Source of the DNA: a virus
IMG/VR virus record: IMGVR_UViG_3300026484_000390
Location: 4,491 to 68,490 of that record
Reading direction: 5' to 3' (one strand)
Length of the DNA stretch: 64,000 nucleotides
Position 1 is the first letter of the stretch; each line of letters starts with the position of its first letter. Positions 49,725 through 60,017 of the stretch are shown here, piece after piece. A model generated the notes under the pieces. That model did no database searches, had not been told where the DNA came from, and saw nothing but the letters and a program-made list of their open reading frames with translations. The position numbers were made by a program, and so were the translations under genes.

Positions 49725-50924
49725 ATGACGTTAGAAACAGTAGACATGGACTATTTTATTCAAGTACACGAAGAAATAGGTTCTATCTCAGCAGTAGATG
49801 TAGCGGTTTCTTGTCCTCATTGCCGAGAAGGAAGATCTTGGGGTAGGAAACATAGATTACATCTTTACATTAAACCAGGATATGACACTGCTGCTATTAA
49901 TTGTTTTAACTGTGGACTTTCAACTAATATGTATGGTTATCTTAAAGAGTTTCATCCTAATGAATTTGTTTCATATAGAAAAGCAGTAGCTGGTAGAGGA
50001 TTTGCCGAGTTACGAATGGCACACGAAAAAGAAGACCTCCTAAAAACAGAAGAGTTAGATTTTAGTAATGTGGACATTGGTATAGACTTGAACACCCCTT
50101 TAGAAAAAAAAGTAATTGAACCTAAGAAAACTTTATTACCCACAGACGGTTTTGAAGAGGGCGAAGTCCCAATGGATATGAGTACTATTAGAGGAATGGA
50201 TTTTGGATTTGATATAAGTACGACTCCAACAATTAAAGAAAAAACTAAATTAGTTGCACCATTAGTTGTTAATCCTAATTTGCCCAATTTAGTAACGCCT
50301 GTTTCTAATCTTACTAAATTACCTGATGAAGCTGTTACTTACATCAATAACCGTGGGTTGGAAGTACAAGAGCACTGGTTGTATTCTGGGAAAAATAATA
50401 AAATTAGATTTAATAATACTGATATTGTTTTATCAGAATACATTATTGTTCCTTTAAGGATGGGTGATAAGTGGTATGGTTTCCAAGCATTAGCGTGGAA
50501 ACAAAAGAAATTTTTTGTTTATTTGGTAACTGGTAATACTTCATGGAAAGTTGAAAACTGGAGTGCAATTGATAAAGAGAAACCAGTTTTCATTTTTGAG
50601 AGTGTGTATGACAGGTTAAGTTCAGGATTTCAAAATTCTATTGCAGTACTTGGTTCCAATTTACACGATGATAGATTAAAACAATTAAAAGAACCAATTT
50701 TTTGTCTTGATAATCAGAATGTGGATGAAAAATCTATTGAAGAGAGTATGAAATATCTTAAACAAGGTTATAAATGCTTTTTGTGGCCTAGCGGGTCTGA
50801 TAAATTTAAAGATACAAACGATTTAAGAAAAAAAAATGTGCCTTATGAGAAGATCCAGACAATGATAAATAATAATACTTACCACGGAATAAAGGGCATT
50901 TTAAAATTAAAGTTCTATAACTAA
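49725..50924 (+). CDS. 61: DNA primase (T4 gp61-like); likely start ATG 49725
   Basis: CPHC...CFNC zinc finger; TOPRIM IFESVYD, CLDN, KDTND. Confidence 0.88.
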   Translation: MTLETVDMDYFIQVHEEIGSISAVDVAVSCPHCREGRSWGRKHRLHLYIKPGYDTAAINCFNCGLSTNMYGYLKEFHPNEFVSYRKAVAGRGFAELRMAHEKEDLLKTEELDFSNVDIGIDLNTPLEKKVIEPKKTLLPTDGFEEGEVPMDMSTIRGMDFGFDISTTPTIKEKTKLVAPLVVNPNLPNLVTPVSNLTKLPDEAVTYINNRGLEVQEHWLYSGKNNKIRFNNTDIVLSEYIIVPLRMGDKWYGFQALAWKQKKFFVYLVTGNTSWKVENWSAIDKEKPVFIFESVYDRLSSGFQNSIAVLGSNLHDDRLKQLKEPIFCLDNQNVDEKSIEESMKYLKQGYKCFLWPSGSDKFKDTNDLRKKNVPYEKIQTMINNNTYHGIKGILKLKFYN

Positions 50925-50971
50925 CTTATTTAAGTAAAAAATAGTTATAATATTCAAACAAAGGAAGAAAA

Positions 50972-51787
50972 ATGGCAATACCAATAGACGAAATATTTGG
51001 TGATAACAATCAAGCGAGTAATGGCGGAGGAACACTCCAAGGAGAAGGATTACGAATGGGCATTCCTAGTATCTTTATTAGAACTGGAGGATGCAATTTA
51101 ACTTGTTCAGGATTTGGTTGTACAATTAAATCGGCATTAGATAAAGAAACAATTATAACCGGGTGCGATTCTATACATGCAGTGAATGTGAAGCATTTTA
51201 AGCATACTTGGACTTATTACGATACTGCGTCTGATTTAGTTCAGGCTATTCTTAAACATTATAAAATTAGACCAGAAGGGAATTCCGAAAAGCCTGATTT
51301 AGTTTTTACTGGTGGAGAACCTCTTATTCATCACAGTGACCCTTCTTTAATAGGTGCTTTAGAATATTTCATATCTAGAGGGCATAAAATCTATTTTGAA
51401 ACAAACGGTACCATTCAAATAGATTTTGAGAAATATCCGATTTTTAAAAGAGTTTCTTTTAGTATGTCCGTAAAAATGAGTGCATCGGGGGAAAATAAAA
51501 GTAAAAGATGGAAACCTGAAGTTGTTAATCAATATTTGCTTAATACAGAGGGCTCCTATTTTAAATTTGTTTTAAGTAAAGTATCTATAGAAACAGAAAA
51601 GGCAGAAGTGTTTGAATTTCTTAATCAGGTTCCTACTTTTGGGATAGTTTACTGTATGCCTTTAGGTGAGACTTCTAAAGAAGTACAAGTTAATGCAAAA
51701 GCGGTTTACAACTTTGCCGCAGAACATGGTTTCAGATATTCAGATAGATTACATATTAGAATTTTTGAGGATTTGCGAGGAGTTTAA
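50972..51787 (+). CDS. queE: 7-carboxy-7-deazaguanine synthase (radical SAM)
   Basis: TLQGEG..G.P.IFIRTGGCNLTC...CDS, FTGGEP, ETNGT, RLH. Confidence 0.92.
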   Translation: MAIPIDEIFGDNNQASNGGGTLQGEGLRMGIPSIFIRTGGCNLTCSGFGCTIKSALDKETIITGCDSIHAVNVKHFKHTWTYYDTASDLVQAILKHYKIRPEGNSEKPDLVFTGGEPLIHHSDPSLIGALEYFISRGHKIYFETNGTIQIDFEKYPIFKRVSFSMSVKMSASGENKSKRWKPEVVNQYLLNTEGSYFKFVLSKVSIETEKAEVFEFLNQVPTFGIVYCMPLGETSKEVQVNAKAVYNFAAEHGFRYSDRLHIRIFEDLRGV

Positions 51788-52011
51788 TAAATTTGGTGTA
51801 TATGTAATTATAACAGAAAAAAATATAGACAAGAAGATATGATGTATAAAGTACTAAAAGAATGGCAGTTCCAAGATGCCCAAGAAGAGCAAAATATTAT
51901 AGAAAACTATAAAAACTATGGGAATACTCCCCTAAGGGGAAATTCATCTGAGTTAAGGACAGAAGATATCTTGTTCTTAAAAGAAAAATACTATTCAATA
52001 AGGTTTTACTT

Positions 52012-53289
52012 ATGAAAGATGAGAATTTTTTCAAGTCCGAATTATCTAAAAGAAAAGTTAAGGACGCAAATAAAATACTAGAATACATATTTTTTTGTAT
52101 TTCTAAAAAAGATCTAAAAACTAACAAGTATATTAAAGGAGTTACTGAACATCATCATATTTTACCCTCTTCCCTCTACCCAGAATATAGTAATCTCAAA
52201 AAGAACGCGTGGAACGGTGTACATCTAACATATGAAGACCATTATAAAACTCACAGTATTTTGGTAGAAGCCCTATCAGATAACAAAATGCTAATGGCTT
52301 GGTTCAATATGGGTAATATTAAAGATTTACATAAAGAAGGATGCTATAAAGAAAGTAAAGAGCGTGCCTTGGAATATTTAAGTAAAACTGTTGTGGCTAG
52401 GCCATTAGGATCATCAGAAAAATATAGAAGAATACTTTTAGAAGATTTTTACAAAGGTAAGTGGGAAATACCCACAGCCAATATGGTACCAGTTTCAAAC
52501 AAAGAAGGACTTAGATTTTCTGTACATAAAGATTATTACCACATCAATAAACACAACCTAAGCCCTTTTATAGGCACAAAAATGCCTGTTCGGGAAGTTG
52601 GGACAGATAAAAAGTTATCTGTATCTTCAGAAGAATTCAAATCAGGCAGATATATAGCTTTATCTAAAGATAGGGTGGGAGCTATAGCAGAAGATGGTTC
52701 TAGGGCTATTGTATCTTCTGAAGAATATGCTAATGGAAATTACTCTCATGCTAATTCTGGAAAAACATCTTGCTTAGATTTAGAAGGTAACAAAGTAACA
52801 GTATCAACAGATGAATACAGAAAAAACAGAAACAAATATATTCATCCTAATGAAGGCAAGATATCAGTCTACAAAAGGGACACATTAGATCAAGTGTTTA
52901 TTACTACCGAAGAATATATCAAAAACAAGAGCAAATACAAAATACCAACTGAAGGAACGCTTACAGCTTATAACGATAAAGGCATAAAAACCAGAATTAC
53001 TAAAGAGGAATATTACAGCAGAGGATACTCTCATTCCAACTCCCTTTTATTGACAGCTAGAGATATCTTAGGAGAAAGTAAAGCGATTCAAGTTACTAGG
53101 GAATTTTATCTGGCGAACAGAAACTACATCCAAAATTCTTCCAAATATGTGTATCTCTATAACGGTCAATATTATAGGTCGGCAGATTTAGTAGAGCTCT
53201 CAGGAAAAGTAAATGTTCCCAGAAAATATAAAAAAGTTAAAATATCAATAAAAGAATATACCGCTATATTAAGTAAGAAAACAGTATAA
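52012..53289 (+). CDS. HNH homing endonuclease with tandem C-terminal DNA-binding repeats
   Basis: EHHHILP..VHLTYEDHYKTH; repeated ..VS.EEY..Y.H.N.GK units. Confidence 0.85.
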   Translation: MKDENFFKSELSKRKVKDANKILEYIFFCISKKDLKTNKYIKGVTEHHHILPSSLYPEYSNLKKNAWNGVHLTYEDHYKTHSILVEALSDNKMLMAWFNMGNIKDLHKEGCYKESKERALEYLSKTVVARPLGSSEKYRRILLEDFYKGKWEIPTANMVPVSNKEGLRFSVHKDYYHINKHNLSPFIGTKMPVREVGTDKKLSVSSEEFKSGRYIALSKDRVGAIAEDGSRAIVSSEEYANGNYSHANSGKTSCLDLEGNKVTVSTDEYRKNRNKYIHPNEGKISVYKRDTLDQVFITTEEYIKNKSKYKIPTEGTLTAYNDKGIKTRITKEEYYSRGYSHSNSLLLTARDILGESKAIQVTREFYLANRNYIQNSSKYVYLYNGQYYRSADLVELSGKVNVPRKYKKVKISIKEYTAILSKKTV

Positions 53290-53319
53290 TCTTTATATTA
53301 GAAATTATAAAGGAAATAA

Positions 53320-55083
53320 ATGAACAATACCAAACACAAATTAAAATTGACCTATATCAGCTCTGCTATTACATCATTCGCGAGAGCGTCTGGAATTGCA
53401 GAATCAGGGAAGAAAATAGGTATGGAAAAAGAATATCGTAGTTTGATGCAAGATTTACTATATCGAATAGATGGTTACAGCGTTAATTGTGACCACGGCA
53501 CTCTATGGAATGCTCTTACAGAAAAAGGCCATAAAAAAATATTAAAAGGGTTAAACGACCCCCAACGAAAACAGATGATTGTTATGGCCGATTCTGGAGG
53601 TCTCCAACAAATTACCTTAGGTATTAATGTGACAGATGAAGGAAGAAAGGAAATCTTTAGGCGACAAGCGGAATTTAGTACGCACGCTATGAACTTTGAC
53701 GAGATGCCAGTTTTGGTAAATGAAGCTCTTCGAGACAAATTCGCATCACAAGGAAACGGTGATCAAGGACTTAAGCTAAATCATAGTATCAAATATTTTA
53801 TTAAAGAGTTGAGATATGACAGAGGAAGAGAGTCAGGTTTTAACATTAAAGAGCAAATTGATATCATTATAGATTTTAAGAAAAATAACCCAGAAAAAGA
53901 AGTAACTAAAGTTTTAACAATTATACAAGGTTGGGATATCGAAGATTATAATGAATATGCTAGAGGGGTTTATTCGGTTTTTAACGAAATGGAAGAAGCA
54001 GAGAGAGAAAAATATTATGAACATATTGGTGGGATTTCACTAGGAACTTCAGGTATCATTTCTTACTTTAGAATGTTTGATTTATATTGTAGGGCACCTA
54101 TGGATTTAACTAACGTACCTGAAAGATTTAGAAGTTTTATTCATATTCTAGGATTAGGCGGCAATAATAAAAGTGGAGTTTTATTTGCTTTACAAGATAA
54201 TTTTTTCGGAAAAGAAGTTCATTATACTTATGACTCAACATCTCTAACAGCCGCGAGCACTTTTGGTAAACATATAATTTTAGAAGAGAAAACAACTTAC
54301 AAAAAAGGTGAGCAAATAACTTTTATGAATCAGAGATCGCAACAATTAGGAAGAGATATTAGTGATAAGACTGTAGATTTTATGAAAGAAGTTCAAGACG
54401 AATATGCTGATTTATTACAATTACACTTAGGTGATAGTAAAATGAGTGCAGATGATTTTAGAAATAAATATAGCCCCTGGAGAGATGACGGTTGTGCCGG
54501 ATTAAAATCTTTTGAAGATAAATTTGATGGGAAAGACGGATTAATAGCTAGAGAACAATACAATAATGCAATTTCTTTAAATGCATATTTGCATTTTGCT
54601 TTAGAAGCAAAAACTTTTATGAGATTATTGGACGATATGAAAAGAGGGGATTTTAATTCTATTTCAGATAATGAGTACAGAAAAGCAATGGAAAAATTAT
54701 TTACAATTAAAACTTATGACGAATATATGAAAAGAAGAGGGGAATTTAAAGCTATCCTTGGATATATCCCAAATCCGGGTTCTGAAGAAGCTGAATGGTA
54801 TGAGAAGACAAATCGCCCTTTAGAAAATAGTAACGAGAAAAGAAAGAGTACTATGACATATTGCCAAACAGTTGAAGAATTTAATGAAATTTGCAGAAGC
54901 TCTGTTATAGACCCTTTAGACGATTTTATGGGAGATGAAGATCCTACAGAAAATATAGAAAAAATAACTAGGGAGTATGAAAATAGTATTGATATTCCAG
55001 TTAAATTGACAGCTTCTCAACGGGTTAAAGCTGCGGCAGATATTATTTTAAGTAGACACAATTTAGACCCAGAGGAGTGGTAA
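53320..55083 (+). CDS. TGT-fold base-exchange enzyme, DpdA-like (paralogue 1)
   Basis: ADSGGLQ, MNFDEMP, IIQG, GISLG, IHILGLG, YDSTS in TGT order. Confidence 0.75.
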   Translation: MNNTKHKLKLTYISSAITSFARASGIAESGKKIGMEKEYRSLMQDLLYRIDGYSVNCDHGTLWNALTEKGHKKILKGLNDPQRKQMIVMADSGGLQQITLGINVTDEGRKEIFRRQAEFSTHAMNFDEMPVLVNEALRDKFASQGNGDQGLKLNHSIKYFIKELRYDRGRESGFNIKEQIDIIIDFKKNNPEKEVTKVLTIIQGWDIEDYNEYARGVYSVFNEMEEAEREKYYEHIGGISLGTSGIISYFRMFDLYCRAPMDLTNVPERFRSFIHILGLGGNNKSGVLFALQDNFFGKEVHYTYDSTSLTAASTFGKHIILEEKTTYKKGEQITFMNQRSQQLGRDISDKTVDFMKEVQDEYADLLQLHLGDSKMSADDFRNKYSPWRDDGCAGLKSFEDKFDGKDGLIAREQYNNAISLNAYLHFALEAKTFMRLLDDMKRGDFNSISDNEYRKAMEKLFTIKTYDEYMKRRGEFKAILGYIPNPGSEEAEWYEKTNRPLENSNEKRKSTMTYCQTVEEFNEICRSSVIDPLDDFMGDEDPTENIEKITREYENSIDIPVKLTASQRVKAAADIILSRHNLDPEEW

Positions 55084-55084
55084 A

Positions 55085-56101
55085 ATGCACAAAATAGTTA
55101 GAAGTAAAGCACCTTTACGATTAGGTTTTGGAGGTGGAGGGACAGATGTCTCTCCTTTTAGTGACACCCACGGAGGATATGTTCTAAATGCTACTATAAA
55201 CAAATACAGCTATTGTACAATAGAAGAAAACATAAAAGATAATAAAACTTATTTTGAAGCTACAGATATTGGCGAGACTAATGAATGCAATGAAAAAGGT
55301 AAGAGTATAAATGATAAATGTTTACTTTTAACCGGAGTATATAACTCTTTAATAAAGCGCAATCTCATAAAATATACACCACTAAAAATTAGTACTTATT
55401 CTGATGTTCAAGGTGGTTCAGGATTGGGTTCTAGTTCTACAATGGTAGTAGCTATTTTGCAATCTTTTATAGAATATTTCAATATCCCATTGGGAGAATA
55501 CGACATAGCAGAATTAGCTTGGGAAATAGAAAGAAAAGAATTATTATTGCAAGGCGGAAAACAAGATCAATTTTGTGCTACTTTTGGAGGATGGAATTTT
55601 ATGGAATTTAATAAGGATAATACAATAGTTAATCCTTTAAGAATAAAATCAAATTTTTTAAATGAATTATCTGCTAGTTTACTTATTTGTTTTGTGGGAA
55701 AAAGTAGAAACTCTGGAGATGTAATAGCTGAGCAAATTAAATCACAAGGCAAGTCTGAGAGTTCACTAATGAATTTAAAGCAGTCAGCTTTAGATATGAA
55801 AGAAGCTGTACTAAAATGTGATATAAAATCTTTTGGTATAATTTTAAATAAATCTTGGGAAGCCAAGAAAAAAACCTCTCAAAATATATCAAACGAGTAT
55901 ATAGATAAAATATACAATACAGCCATTAAACACGGTGCATTTTCAAGTAAACTTTCAGGTGCCGGGGCATCGGGGTTTATGATGTTTTTAGTAGCGCCTG
56001 AAAAGAAAGTTAATGTTAAGCGAGTACTTAAAGATGAATTTGGACTAAAAGCCGAGGATATACAGTTTTCTAAGGAAGGTGTAGTTTCTTGGCAGGTTTA
56101 A
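55085..56101 (+). CDS. hddA: D-glycero-alpha-D-manno-heptose 7-phosphate kinase
   Basis: RSKAPLRLGFGGGGTD, GSGLGSSS, GGKQDQ, KLSGAGASGF (GHMP). Confidence 0.92.
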   Translation: MHKIVRSKAPLRLGFGGGGTDVSPFSDTHGGYVLNATINKYSYCTIEENIKDNKTYFEATDIGETNECNEKGKSINDKCLLLTGVYNSLIKRNLIKYTPLKISTYSDVQGGSGLGSSSTMVVAILQSFIEYFNIPLGEYDIAELAWEIERKELLLQGGKQDQFCATFGGWNFMEFNKDNTIVNPLRIKSNFLNELSASLLICFVGKSRNSGDVIAEQIKSQGKSESSLMNLKQSALDMKEAVLKCDIKSFGIILNKSWEAKKKTSQNISNEYIDKIYNTAIKHGAFSSKLSGAGASGFMMFLVAPEKKVNVKRVLKDEFGLKAEDIQFSKEGVVSWQV

Positions 56102-56280
56102 GCGACAAAATAGACAAGAATTAAAAACTTCAACTAACTTATAGATAATAAGTGTTTAATGGAACTAAGAGCACATATCTTCTTACTACCAGTATAATTA
56201 AAAACGGTACCTGCAAGAGGTACTGTCTTTTATATAGCTTTAAGGAAAATTCAGTTATAATATAATATAAAGGATAAAAA

Positions 56281-56841
56281 ATGAATACAGATATTATTAA
56301 CCACATAAAGGCATTATCGTCATTAGATAAAGAAACTTTAACTTATTATAAATCAATTGTTAAAACAGCAATTAAACAAAGAAGAACAATTTTTACAGCC
56401 GGCAACGGTGGGAGTGCATCAGATAGTGCACATTTAACTGGAGAAATAGTAGGGAAATTTTTAATTGACCGACCAGGATATCCTGCAGTTGATTTATCAG
56501 CCAATAATACAGTTATAACAGCTATAGGGAACGATTTCGGATACGAAAAGATTTTTAGTAGACAATTAGAATCCGCTGCCAACCAGGGAGATGTGTTTAT
56601 CGGTTTTACAACTTCAGGAAATTCTAAAAATATTTTAGAAGGTGCTAAACAGGCTAAAAAGATGGGATTAGAAGTGTTAATTATATCAGGAAGAGATGGG
56701 GGAGAGATTGCTAAAGAAGGATTTAAGTCTTTAATTGTAAATAGTAACTCTACTCCAGTTATACAGATAGTGCACGGATTTATTTTACATCAAATTGCCT
56801 ATGTAACTGATGAAGTTTTCCGAGAACAAGATGACATCTAA
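56281..56841 (+). CDS. gmhA: Sedoheptulose 7-phosphate isomerase
   Basis: GNGGSA.D.AH..E, TAIGNDFG...FSRQ, TTSGNS.N, IQ..H. Confidence 0.95.
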   Translation: MNTDIINHIKALSSLDKETLTYYKSIVKTAIKQRRTIFTAGNGGSASDSAHLTGEIVGKFLIDRPGYPAVDLSANNTVITAIGNDFGYEKIFSRQLESAANQGDVFIGFTTSGNSKNILEGAKQAKKMGLEVLIISGRDGGEIAKEGFKSLIVNSNSTPVIQIVHGFILHQIAYVTDEVFREQDDI

Positions 56842-57478
56842 ATCTGAAATCTTAGAAAATATACCCGTATTGATATTAGCAGGAGGAAGAGGAACTAGAT
56901 TGCAGTCAGAAGTATCAGATAGAGCCAAACCAATGGCTGATATAAACGGTAGGCCGTTTATGGATTTATTATTAGAGAAATATAAAAAACACAAAATTTA
57001 TATTTCTGTAGGATACAAAAAAGAATCTATTATAAATGCGTATAAAGATAAATATGAATATATTATAGAAAATGAGGCTTTAGGAACTGGTGGTGCTATT
57101 AAAAAGGCATTTACTGAGACTAAAGTTAATAAAATGATAGTCTTAAACGGAGATACTTATACAGATCTTAATATTACTTTAAGAAAAGAGAGTGTTGTTA
57201 TTAATACAGTTTATCAAGAAAACTGTCACAGATACGGGCTTGTAACTTCTGTAAACGGAAAAATTCACTTTAAAGAAAAGGGTTACAACGGTGAGGGTTG
57301 CATCAATTCTGGAGTTTATATTATAGATAAAAAAGTGCTGGCAGATGAACCAGATATTTTTAGTTTTGAAGACTTTTTAACAAAATATGATGATATTGGT
57401 ATTATAGAACATAAAGCTAGTTTTATAGATATTGGAGTTCCTGAAGATTATAGGAAGGCGGTAAAACAATTTGGATAA
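56831..57478 (+). CDS. hddC: Heptose 1-phosphate guanylyltransferase
   Basis: ILAGGRGTRL, KPMA, LGTGGAI, LNGDT, FIDIGVPEDY; next to hddA, gmhA and gmhB. Confidence 0.88.
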   Translation: MTSKSEILENIPVLILAGGRGTRLQSEVSDRAKPMADINGRPFMDLLLEKYKKHKIYISVGYKKESIINAYKDKYEYIIENEALGTGGAIKKAFTETKVNKMIVLNGDTYTDLNITLRKESVVINTVYQENCHRYGLVTSVNGKIHFKEKGYNGEGCINSGVYIIDKKVLADEPDIFSFEDFLTKYDDIGIIEHKASFIDIGVPEDYRKAVKQFG

Positions 57479-57941
57479 AATATTATTTTTAGATAGAGAT
57501 GGGGTCATCAACAAAGACCCAAACGGATACACTTATGATTATAACACTTTGGAATATAATAAAGACTTAATAGAATATATTAGTAGAAATTTTAACGATT
57601 ATATTAAGATAATAGTGACCAATCAGTCGGGAATAGCACGAGGAAAATATACTAAGAACGATTTTTTAGAATTAAGTGCCTATATAATAAATGATTTAAA
57701 AAAGTTTGAAATAATAATTGATGAAATATATTATGCTCCTTATTTGCCTGATAGCAATCACTTTGATAGAAAACCTAACCCGGGTATGATTATTAAGGGA
57801 TTAATGAAATATAAAATTAATCCCAAAAACTGTATAATGATAGGTGATAAGGAAACGGATAGAGAGGCAGCGAAACACGCTGGAATTGATAACTTTATAA
57901 TGTATAAGGAAGGATTATATTATGATAAGGATAATTGGTAA
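57471..57941 (+). CDS. gmhB: Heptose 1,7-bisphosphate phosphatase (HAD)
   Basis: FLDRDGVIN, VTNQSGIARG, RKPNPGM, MIGDKETD. Confidence 0.95.
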   Translation: MDKILFLDRDGVINKDPNGYTYDYNTLEYNKDLIEYISRNFNDYIKIIVTNQSGIARGKYTKNDFLELSAYIINDLKKFEIIIDEIYYAPYLPDSNHFDRKPNPGMIIKGLMKYKINPKNCIMIGDKETDREAAKHAGIDNFIMYKEGLYYDKDNW

Positions 57942-58647
57942 CGGTGCAATAGGTAAATATTTACTGACTGATAATAGTTTTGAGATGTTTCCTAGGTTCT
58001 CTTTGGAAAACTATATTTCTAGTAAGGAAAATATTTTAAGTTATGGTAAAGGTAATACTTTTATATTTACAGCAGGAATGAGTAAACCTCAAGACTGTGA
58101 AGAAAATTTTGTATTATTGGGAAAGATAGTTAATGGAACAATAAAAGCTATTAAGGATATAGCTATTCATAATAAAGTACTTTTTTTGAGCTCAGATGTT
58201 GTAAAAGGTAGAAGTACATCGTATTCTTGGAGTAAAAAAGAAATAGAAAAGAATCTTTTGGAAATTAATAATGTTAAAGTAGCCAGACTGTCTTATGTAT
58301 TCTCGGATGTAAAAGGATTTGAAGACCCTTTTACTAAATATGCTATACAAGAAGAAAAAGCAATAGAAGTTTATGCAGACCTTAAACGAAATATAATTCA
58401 TATTAAAGATGTTAAAGACGGAATTATCGAAATATGCAGTAATTTTAAAAAAGCACCTGATATTATTAGCTTAACTGGCAAAAACTGTATAGACAAAAGC
58501 ACTCTATTGCAGTATATTAAGTGTGAATATAATATAATAACAGACACTAAGGCGATAGAAAAGTTTTTTAAAAATAGAGATAAATATATTTCTGTTGAAC
58601 CAAACTTTTATATGCCTAAAATCGATTTAACCAAAGGAAGAGAATGA
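57922..58647 (+). CDS. RmlD-like NAD(P)-dependent 4-keto sugar-nucleotide reductase
   Basis: IIGNGAIG, FLSSD, YSWSK (YxxxK), ARLSYV. Confidence 0.75.
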   Translation: MIRIIGNGAIGKYLLTDNSFEMFPRFSLENYISSKENILSYGKGNTFIFTAGMSKPQDCEENFVLLGKIVNGTIKAIKDIAIHNKVLFLSSDVVKGRSTSYSWSKKEIEKNLLEINNVKVARLSYVFSDVKGFEDPFTKYAIQEEKAIEVYADLKRNIIHIKDVKDGIIEICSNFKKAPDIISLTGKNCIDKSTLLQYIKCEYNIITDTKAIEKFFKNRDKYISVEPNFYMPKIDLTKGRE

Positions 58648-59705
58648 GCAATACAAAAATTAAAAAAGTATTATTAACAGGCATAACAGGACAAGTGGCA
58701 TCGATATACGCCGATTTTTTATTAGCAAATACTGATGTTGATATTATAGGATCACTTAGGTGGCAAGAACCTATAGATAATATTAGACATTTAACCGATA
58801 GAATAAACAAAAAAGATAGAATCCTTACAGAGTTCGCAGATTTGAATGATTATAGCAGCTTTGAAAGATTAATTAAAAAGCATAAACCAGATGTGATTGT
58901 TTCACTTGCAGCTGAGAGCTACCCTACAACAAGTTTTTCAAATCCATTAATAACTATGCAAACAAACATTTTGGGTACTAATAATATTCTAGAAATTGTT
59001 AGAATTATGAAAGAAGAAGAAGGATATAATCCACTAATACACATAGTAAGCTCTTCTGAAGTTTATGGGAAAGCTAGTTCCAATAAAGATGGTAAAGACT
59101 TATTAATAGGCGAGGAAACAAAGTTTCACGGTGCAAGTCCATACTCTATTTCTAAAATAGCTACAGACTATTTAGGTCAATTTTATGGTGAAGCTTATAA
59201 TATGAACACAGTAGTAACAAGGTTAGGCACTCATACAGGAGCTAGAAGAGGTTCTGTATTTGTAGAATCGGTAATGGCTAGAAAACTGGTCGAAATTGAG
59301 ATGGGCTTACACAAACCAGAAATCCTAATGGGTAATTTGGAAAGTATTAGGACATTTCAAAATGCTAGGGATGCAGTTAGGGCTTACTGGTTGCTTACTT
59401 TAGAAATGGAAAAAGGTAATATTAAGAAAGGTGACTATTTTAATATAGCAGGAAATGAAAAATTTAAACTATCTGATTTATTAGAAACTATGAAGCAGAA
59501 AATAAATTATAAAAATAAAATATCAGTAGGTATAGACCCAGATAGACTTAGAGTAATTGATGCTGATTATCAACTTTTTGAATGTGATAAAATTAAAAAA
59601 GTTATAGATTGGGAACCTGAAATTTCTATGGATGATACTATTGATGAACTTTTAGATTATTGGAGAACTGAATACAAAGAAGGCCGAGTCCCTTTAGACA
59701 GATGA
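58644..59705 (+). CDS. dmhA: GDP-D-manno-heptose 4,6-dehydratase (DmhA/WcbK-like)
   Basis: LTGITGQV, RWQEP.DNI.HL.DRINKKDRI, LAAESYP.TSF, SSSEVYG, SPYSISK; recalled as closely resembling Campylobacter DmhA. Confidence 0.88.
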   Translation: MSNTKIKKVLLTGITGQVASIYADFLLANTDVDIIGSLRWQEPIDNIRHLTDRINKKDRILTEFADLNDYSSFERLIKKHKPDVIVSLAAESYPTTSFSNPLITMQTNILGTNNILEIVRIMKEEEGYNPLIHIVSSSEVYGKASSNKDGKDLLIGEETKFHGASPYSISKIATDYLGQFYGEAYNMNTVVTRLGTHTGARRGSVFVESVMARKLVEIEMGLHKPEILMGNLESIRTFQNARDAVRAYWLLTLEMEKGNIKKGDYFNIAGNEKFKLSDLLETMKQKINYKNKISVGIDPDRLRVIDADYQLFECDKIKKVIDWEPEISMDDTIDELLDYWRTEYKEGRVPLDR

Positions 59706-60017
59706 GTTACAAAAAGTAAATAAAACTGAAAGAATCCAATAATTAAGTAAAAAATTCTTAATGATATAGTTTTTCTGAGTTCTAAATATATAATAACATT
59801 ACTTAATATAAATAAATATAAGAGGAAATAAATGAGAAATATAAATACCAAAAAGAAAAGGGATATATTATGTTAAAAAGAGATAATCAAGATTATCATT
59901 ACAATACTCATTATAATAAAGAGAAGAGAACCCACTTTTTAGGGCCTAAATCTTATGAAATGTTGAGCATAGAAAAATTCGATTTATACAAATGTAGAGT
60001 GGACGAAGATAGATAAA

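Noticed and set aside
55085-59705. Heptose genes as host capsule-locus contamination
   Set aside because: They are interleaved with phage-type promoters, homing endonucleases and DpdA-like genes, with no kps or transport genes
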